NCBI RefSeq assembly: GCF_002087085.1
Contig: NZ_MWQY01000007.1
Location: 1 to 64,000 of the forward strand
Direction: 5' to 3'
Length of the DNA: 64,000 bases
Part shown: positions 58,935 through 64,000 of the stretch, piece by piece
How positions within the stretch are numbered: position 1 is the first letter of the stretch
How the letters are laid out: each line of letters starts with the position of its first letter
Notes under the pieces: generated by a model
What the model was told of the DNA's origin: nothing
Database searches by the model: none
The model's input: only the letters and a program-made list of their open reading frames with translations
Position numbers and translations under genes: made by a program

Positions 58935-60479
58935 TTATCGGCGCAGATAGGAGAGTTCCGCAGGCAGCATTATGTTATTACCGTAATTGTCTTCCCCGTA
59001 CCCGTTCTCCGCCAGGAGCTTGAGATCTGAAAGCACCCGGGTATCACCGGAAAATTCGACGGTAATACCGGTACGGATATCGATGCGTCCCAGGGCAAGC
59101 AGATGGGCAATACCCCGGGTTGCGAATTCCGCCAGGGTCTCTCCCTCGATGTAGGATATCTCCTCCAGGGAAAAATCAGCCTCATACATTACAATCTGAT
59201 GGTTCTCCAGGAGCTTGACAATAAGACGCCGCAGGGCCTTTTTCATGACTCCCTCTTCCCGGGGAACACTGCCCATGGTCTCGGCTATTTCACAGACAAT
59301 ACCCCCCAGGGTTTTGCGCTTGGCCGCATTGATCGCTTCGTTTACCCTGAACAGTTCCAGGGGACTTGCGGCATTGAAGCTCTGTCCGTTCAGCCGGAGG
59401 GTAACATCGCTGCCGTAATGGGTAACGATCTTCGCCACCAGCGTGGAGGGACGTACATGGAAGCCCCTGTACTGGGGAACCGGGACGGATATGGTCCCCT
59501 GGACGGCGTAGGAGTGAATGATGTTCCGGCACAGTTCCCGGGCGGCATTAAAGAAACGGGACGAAAAGGCCAGGATATAGTCGATGAGAATGGACAGAAG
59601 TGTGTCCTCGCCTATCACCACGGCGTCCTGATTCAGCATGTGCCGTTCGTAATAGTGGCTGAGGACGGTCCCCGTCTCCAGCAGATGGAATATGGTGCTT
59701 ACGTGGCCCCGAAGAACAAGAAGGTCTTCATCCCGTTCCTCCGCATCTGAATCCAGAAGATAGGTATCGTAGGTCGATTGAAGGGAGTGAAGGGCATGCT
59801 CCATATTGCGGATCCGGGCTTCCGAAACCGGTTCAGGAACATAATCGAGATATCGCAGATGCTTGTTTCTGTCCCGTATCCCAAACAGTTCCGTATCCTC
59901 TGAAAGATTAAGAAAGGTCGTTGCGAGATTCACAATGGTGGGACCGGGATTCTCCAGATGTCTTCTGGGGCGATCCTGACGCAGGGTCCCCTCAGGAAGA
60001 TGTTCGGAGAAGTCCTGTACGACTTCGCCGGGTTCAAGTCCGTGGTGTTCCGCCTCCTTCAGCAGGTTCTCCATGGAGTTTTTCAGGGCGGCGGTGCTCT
60101 CTTTGAGGGTCTTTTTGGTGGCTGCGAGAAAATCCTCTTTTACCGAGATTATCCTGTAGCAGGGAAAGGAGGCGCTTATATGGGAAATATTATGGACAAT
60201 CTGCGAGAAGGCCTTAACCGCCGCTATGGAACGTCGGAAGGCGTACCAGGACATGTTATGTCGGGCGCCGTACTCGTCCAGGAGCTCCTCGATTATCCGG
60301 CTTTCAAGGTTCAGCCGCCCGAGAAAGGGACGGGTATAATGAAAACCACCGTTTCGCTCTTCCGCTTCTCTCAGCATCGTAATGAGATATTTGGTTTTGG
60401 AAGATATTAATGACAGGAAGGCATCGTCGACGACGATCTGATCTCTACTGTGAAAACCCATGGAACAAGGCTCCATCAT
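58935..60479 (-). CDS. Large protein with a C-terminal, insertion-interrupted HPr domain
   Basis: RGFHVRPSTLVAKIV (His15-equivalent), FNAASPLEL (Ser46-equivalent); about 325-aa helical N-terminus. Confidence 0.75.
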   Translation of the reverse strand: MMEPCSMGFHSRDQIVVDDAFLSLISSKTKYLITMLREAEERNGGFHYTRPFLGRLNLESRIIEELLDEYGARHNMSWYAFRRSIAAVKAFSQIVHNISHISASFPCYRIISVKEDFLAATKKTLKESTAALKNSMENLLKEAEHHGLEPGEVVQDFSEHLPEGTLRQDRPRRHLENPGPTIVNLATTFLNLSEDTELFGIRDRNKHLRYLDYVPEPVSEARIRNMEHALHSLQSTYDTYLLDSDAEERDEDLLVLRGHVSTIFHLLETGTVLSHYYERHMLNQDAVVIGEDTLLSILIDYILAFSSRFFNAARELCRNIIHSYAVQGTISVPVPQYRGFHVRPSTLVAKIVTHYGSDVTLRLNGQSFNAASPLELFRVNEAINAAKRKTLGGIVCEIAETMGSVPREEGVMKKALRRLIVKLLENHQIVMYEADFSLEEISYIEGETLAEFATRGIAHLLALGRIDIRTGITVEFSGDTRVLSDLKLLAENGYGEDNYGNNIMLPAELSYLRR

Positions 60480-60708
60480 TAAACTCGGATGCTCCGCTGC
60501 GCATACCCGTCTGCATCAGCCTCTGACGGGATTGAGCCGAAGTTCATACATTGAATATATCTCCTGAGATATATAAGAACAAGACAATCGGCCAAAAATC
60601 AGTCATAATTCAGTCCCTCAGGTATCCGCCTAGAAATTAGCATTAGCAGAATAAAGAATCAAGCATATATTCCTTGACGGTCTGCGGTCTGCCGGTTTTA
60701 AATAGACT

Positions 60709-61629
60709 GTGCAGATTTCAAAGAGTCTATTACGGATATCAATAAAATCTCTGGTGGAGTCCATGGACCTGCCCACCATGGTCCATATCGCGAAGGACCT
60801 GTTGCCCGGCTACAATCTTCACGAACGGATGGGGATTCGCGAGAGCATGGCCATTCCGAACCTCGATGCCTCCCGCCGTATAATTGACGACCTGATCAGG
60901 GACGACAGGTTTCTCGACTTTGTCTCCTATCTTATCCGTTATGAAGAAGAGGGCGTCATGGGACGGCGCATAAGCGTCGCCTACCTGCGGGATATACTCA
61001 AGGAAGTCTACTCCCAGGGCTACCTCTTCGATAAGGACCAGCGCATGTTCGTGGAAGATCCCCGGATTCGGAAAACCCGAAACTGGGGAGTACTGCGTCC
61101 GGGGAATGAGTACACCATCTGTTTTCTGCGGATCGATATCGCCGGCAACACGGAGCTGGTTAAAAGCAACAGCACCGATACAGTTCACCGTTCCTACGGT
61201 TTTCTGCGGGAGACGGTGCACGCATCGGTGGAACGGCGCAACGGCAGAGTCTGGATGTGGGAGGGAGACGGAGGTGTGGCGGCCTTCTTTTTCGGAAACC
61301 GGAACCAGGCGGCGGCCCTGGCGGCGATGGAGATACTCCATGAACTGTTCCTGTACAACAAAACCAGCTGTCCCCTTTCCACACCGCTGTCCGTACGAAT
61401 CGGAGTCCACTCAGGACTGTGTGAGTATACCGAGGATAATGCGGCGCTGATCAAATCCGAGACCCTCCAGCAGCTGGTGAATCTTGAGAAATCCCACACC
61501 CTCCCCATGCACTGCACCATAAGCATCGTCGTCCGGGAAATGCTGGACCATCTGGTAAGCTCCCAGTTTCTGCCCGTTCGCAGCAACAATCTGATCCATT
61601 ATACCTACAGCCTGGAGCTGGAAGAGTGA
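60709..61629 (+). CDS. Class III nucleotidyl (adenylate/guanylate) cyclase-domain protein, metal-binding half
   Basis: RIDIAGNT, WEGDGG and RIGVHSG motifs; canonical VN.A.R replaced. Confidence 0.75.
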   Translation: MQISKSLLRISIKSLVESMDLPTMVHIAKDLLPGYNLHERMGIRESMAIPNLDASRRIIDDLIRDDRFLDFVSYLIRYEEEGVMGRRISVAYLRDILKEVYSQGYLFDKDQRMFVEDPRIRKTRNWGVLRPGNEYTICFLRIDIAGNTELVKSNSTDTVHRSYGFLRETVHASVERRNGRVWMWEGDGGVAAFFFGNRNQAAALAAMEILHELFLYNKTSCPLSTPLSVRIGVHSGLCEYTEDNAALIKSETLQQLVNLEKSHTLPMHCTISIVVREMLDHLVSSQFLPVRSNNLIHYTYSLELEE

Positions 61630-62570
61630 AACGACTTGTTCTGATTACCCGCAGGCAGGAATCCCTCAGCTGTTTTGATACCATCAGGCGCTCCAAAAGC
61701 ATCGACCTGGAAGTCAGGGATGACCTGGACTGGAAAAAAACTATCCGTGAAAACGGATCGATGATCTATCTGGACATCGGCTCTCTGAGCCCCCGGGAGA
61801 TTCGCAAGGCCATACGGACCCTTGAATCCCAGGACACCCTCACCTACGGCATTGTCGATCCCGAAGGCCGTATTGACGACCCCGCCGATCTTTTTCACGG
61901 CGGCGCCTCCGACTACATCGGACCGGATTTACTGAATAAACGCCTCTCCTTGAGCAGGATAAACCAGGCGATGAACTTCTATCCCTATGTGGAGGACGAG
62001 GAGGAAGAGAGCGGAGACCTGAGCTGGGAGACCATCAGGGAGGGTGATGAGTACCCCTTCTACCTCCTCTACGCCGAACTGGACATCCTGCCGGAATGGA
62101 AGACAAAATCCGGCAGCAGCTTTATTACCGGACTACTGAAGACCTTTGAATCCCACATGAACCGGGTTTTTCTTCCCCTGGGCGGCCAGCTCTGGATGAA
62201 AAGCGACTACGGCGGGCTTTATCTCTTCCCCTACAGCGAGGGAAGCTCCGATATTATCCCGGCCTGCATGAGACTCATTCTGAACAGGGTACTCATCAGC
62301 ATGGAGGTATTCTCCTACGGAACCCTGCTGCCCTACCACTTTTCCCTGGATACGGGGACTACGGTGTACAGAAAAAAGGGCAACACCGGAACGTTGATTT
62401 CCGAAGCGGTAAATTTTATATTCCATCTGGGACAGCAGTATACTCAGCCGGGGCAATTTGTTATCAGCAGAAGGGCTGCGGAGCATATTCCCGCGGGGCT
62501 TGCGGACTGTTTTGTTCCATGCGGGAACTATCATGACCAGGACATATTGCGCATGAAAGTGCCCAGGTAG
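61626..62570 (+). CDS. Pseudo-receiver plus degenerate class III cyclase-like domain
   Basis: N-terminal IYLD...GASDYIG (REC-like); C-terminus aligns by eye with the upstream cyclase (W..IREGDEYPF..L..ELD, GGQLWM...GG, ISEAVN); GTGA overlap. Confidence 0.6.
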   Translation: MKRLVLITRRQESLSCFDTIRRSKSIDLEVRDDLDWKKTIRENGSMIYLDIGSLSPREIRKAIRTLESQDTLTYGIVDPEGRIDDPADLFHGGASDYIGPDLLNKRLSLSRINQAMNFYPYVEDEEEESGDLSWETIREGDEYPFYLLYAELDILPEWKTKSGSSFITGLLKTFESHMNRVFLPLGGQLWMKSDYGGLYLFPYSEGSSDIIPACMRLILNRVLISMEVFSYGTLLPYHFSLDTGTTVYRKKGNTGTLISEAVNFIFHLGQQYTQPGQFVISRRAAEHIPAGLADCFVPCGNYHDQDILRMKVPR

Positions 62571-62599
62571 TTGACATGAGAGGCAAGTATCGGTATCCT
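62571..62599 (+). promoter_or_regulatory. sigma70 promoter of tRNA-Ala
   Basis: TTGACA-17 bp-TATCCT. Confidence 0.7.
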
Positions 62600-62611
62600 A
62601 AGCACGTTTTC

Positions 62612-62685
62612 GGGGGTGTAGCTCAGTTGGCTAGAGCGCGTGAATGGCATTCACGAGGTCATGGGTTCGATTCCCACCACCTCCA
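62612..62685 (+). tRNA. tRNA-Ala(GGC)
   Basis: Cloverleaf with GGGGGTG/CACCTCC acceptor stem including the G3:U70 identity pair; anticodon loop ATGGCAT; TTCGA T-loop; CCA not encoded. Confidence 0.97.
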
Positions 62686-62697
62686 TACTTTAACGCT

Positions 62698-64000
62698 ATG
62701 AGCGACAACAACAGCACCAAAAGTGATCTTTTCTCCGGGGAACTTGACCCCGATATCGCCGAATTGATGGGCATCGATGACACGCCCTCCGCTCAGGTTC
62801 CCGATTTTGAAGAACTTTTTGAAGACACCTCTTCCGGCACTCCCGCCGAGGCGCACGTAAGCGATATAAGCAAGGACCGTTTTCATCCCGTCAGCCGTCT
62901 CGAACAGGACCCGGCTCCATATTTCCAGGACAAGGATTACTACAAGAAAGCCCTTGCCGGGGAAGGCGAGGTTTCCCAGAGGGTTCACAGTCTCCTTTCG
63001 AAATTTCTGAACACCCAGGACCCCAAGGAGCGATCCGTCTACAGGGGAAAACTCATATCCGCCTACTGGAACCTGGTGGAGAGCATCGGCAGGAAGGTCT
63101 GCTCCAGTCCGCCCCAGCCCAAGGTCCTGCTTCTCAGATACGGCGTCCTGCTGCCGACGCTGCTTTCCAAGGAGCAGCGCTCCATGATCTCCCGGATTGT
63201 GTACAGCAACACCACGGGAGAACCTGTCCACTACGTGGACGAGTGGCTTACCATGGTCGCCCGGGGGACCGTCGGAAACTCGGCCACGGATGAAACCAAG
63301 GCAGTGAGCCGCCGCAAGGAACATAAGGTCAATACCAAACTCGACCGGGTCAAGGGACAGCGGGATTTCCAGCTCAGCGTGCTGACCCGCAAGTTCGGCG
63401 AACAGGAGCGGATGGAAAACCAGCTCAAGGAACTCTCCAGGCTGGTGGCCGACCATGCCGCCCGTCAGGACCTGCCGGGGGTAAAAGAGGTCTATACCCC
63501 GGAGCAGCGGCAGTACCTGAGTACAATTGCCAACCTGGTAAAAGACCTGCAGCGCCTTGATACGGAGCTTGCGAATACCTTTGAGCATTTTCAGGAGAAT
63601 GAAGCTGAATTCCGCAAACTCTCGGAAAGCGCCGGGGGAGCGGAATCCTACCAGGTAAACAATGACGCCCTGCAGACGGAGCTCGCCACGGTACGCCAGA
63701 TGGCCAAGATGTGTGTGGGCAGGCAGGGAAACCACTTCCCCATTGCCATGAAGCAGTATTTCAGGGACAGTATCCGGGACATCTGCACCCGGGAAAACAT
63801 CATCATGCAGATGGCCGCCGTGGAAAGTCTGGATCCCGGATTGTTCCTGCGGACCTTCAAACAGCAGACCAACCGCATCGTGCCCCATGTCGTTATCATT
63901 CCCAGTTACGGCGAACGGGGAATCTGCTGGGAACCCTTCGAAAAATACAACCGTGCCACGAGCCGGGGCAGAATTGCCGTGCCCCTCTTTCCCAAGGACA
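62698..64000 (+). CDS. Large hypothetical protein (coiled-coil-rich), 5' part, runs off the right edge
   Basis: ATG at 62698 gives MSDNNSTKSDLFSGELDPDIAELMG...; frame open with host-like codon usage to ...PSYGERGICWEPFEKYNRATSRGRIAVPLFPKD. The 62659..63888 minus-strand ORF is its antisense shadow. Confidence 0.8.
   Translation, partial: MSDNNSTKSDLFSGELDPDIAELMGIDDTPSAQVPDFEELFEDTSSGTPAEAHVSDISKDRFHPVSRLEQDPAPYFQDKDYYKKALAGEGEVSQRVHSLLSKFLNTQDPKERSVYRGKLISAYWNLVESIGRKVCSSPPQPKVLLLRYGVLLPTLLSKEQRSMISRIVYSNTTGEPVHYVDEWLTMVARGTVGNSATDETKAVSRRKEHKVNTKLDRVKGQRDFQLSVLTRKFGEQERMENQLKELSRLVADHAARQDLPGVKEVYTPEQRQYLSTIANLVKDLQRLDTELANTFEHFQENEAEFRKLSESAGGAESYQVNNDALQTELATVRQMAKMCVGRQGNHFPIAMKQYFRDSIRDICTRENIIMQMAAVESLDPGLFLRTFKQQTNRIVPHVVIIPSYGERGICWEPFEKYNRATSRGRIAVPLFPKD

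Noticed and set aside
60709..62570. Cyclase pair as a Pycsar-type defence system
   Set aside because: No cyclic-nucleotide-binding TM or TIR effector is adjacent, and the context is core-like. Kept instead as a signalling hypothesis.
62612..62700. tRNA-Ala as an integration site
   Set aside because: No integrase, no duplicated tRNA 3' end noticed, and no compositional break nearby.
62659..63888. 409-aa minus-strand ORF
   Set aside because: It ends inside tRNA-Ala and is antisense to the plus-strand gene starting at 62698.

Overview
A chromosomal window from a moderately GC-rich bacterium, most likely a free-living spirochaete (inferred from the FecR/PEGA/PQQ-propeller and LruC-type lipoproteins, the AddAB-like pair and the general gene repertoire). 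The left ~7 kb is a lower-GC surface-protein cluster: the 5' part of a very large secreted beta-rich protein, an LruC-type lipoprotein and a paralogous propeller lipoprotein, ending in a decayed Uma2 endonuclease. Housekeeping and accessory genes follow: aroA, ltaE, htpG, TetR with two operators, MocR/LysE, an overlapping five-gene outer-membrane/lipoprotein operon, a CNNM/CorB-type transporter, a frameshifted hybrid histidine kinase, a Fic-like gene with a Na/Pi transporter, an MCP, a self-contained mannitol PTS operon, the riboflavin operon with an FMN riboswitch, a GH65 phosphorylase, addAB, and tRNA-Ala(GGC). The most interesting signals are (1) two overlapping, complementarily degenerate class III nucleotidyl-cyclase genes that look like an obligate heterodimeric cyclase, divergent from a large protein with an interrupted HPr domain; (2) an unannotated MgtL-like acidic/proline-rich leader ORF (MDDDPYPP...) overlapping the start of the CNNM/CorB gene; (3) mannitol-1-phosphate dehydrogenase fused in frame to a Phd/YefM antitoxin-type domain; (4) an FMN riboswitch with a hairpin inserted in its L2 loop; (5) an alternating barrel/lipoprotein duplicated operon. 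No CRISPR array, rRNA or intact transposase was seen. All family assignments come from motif recognition only; no searches were run.
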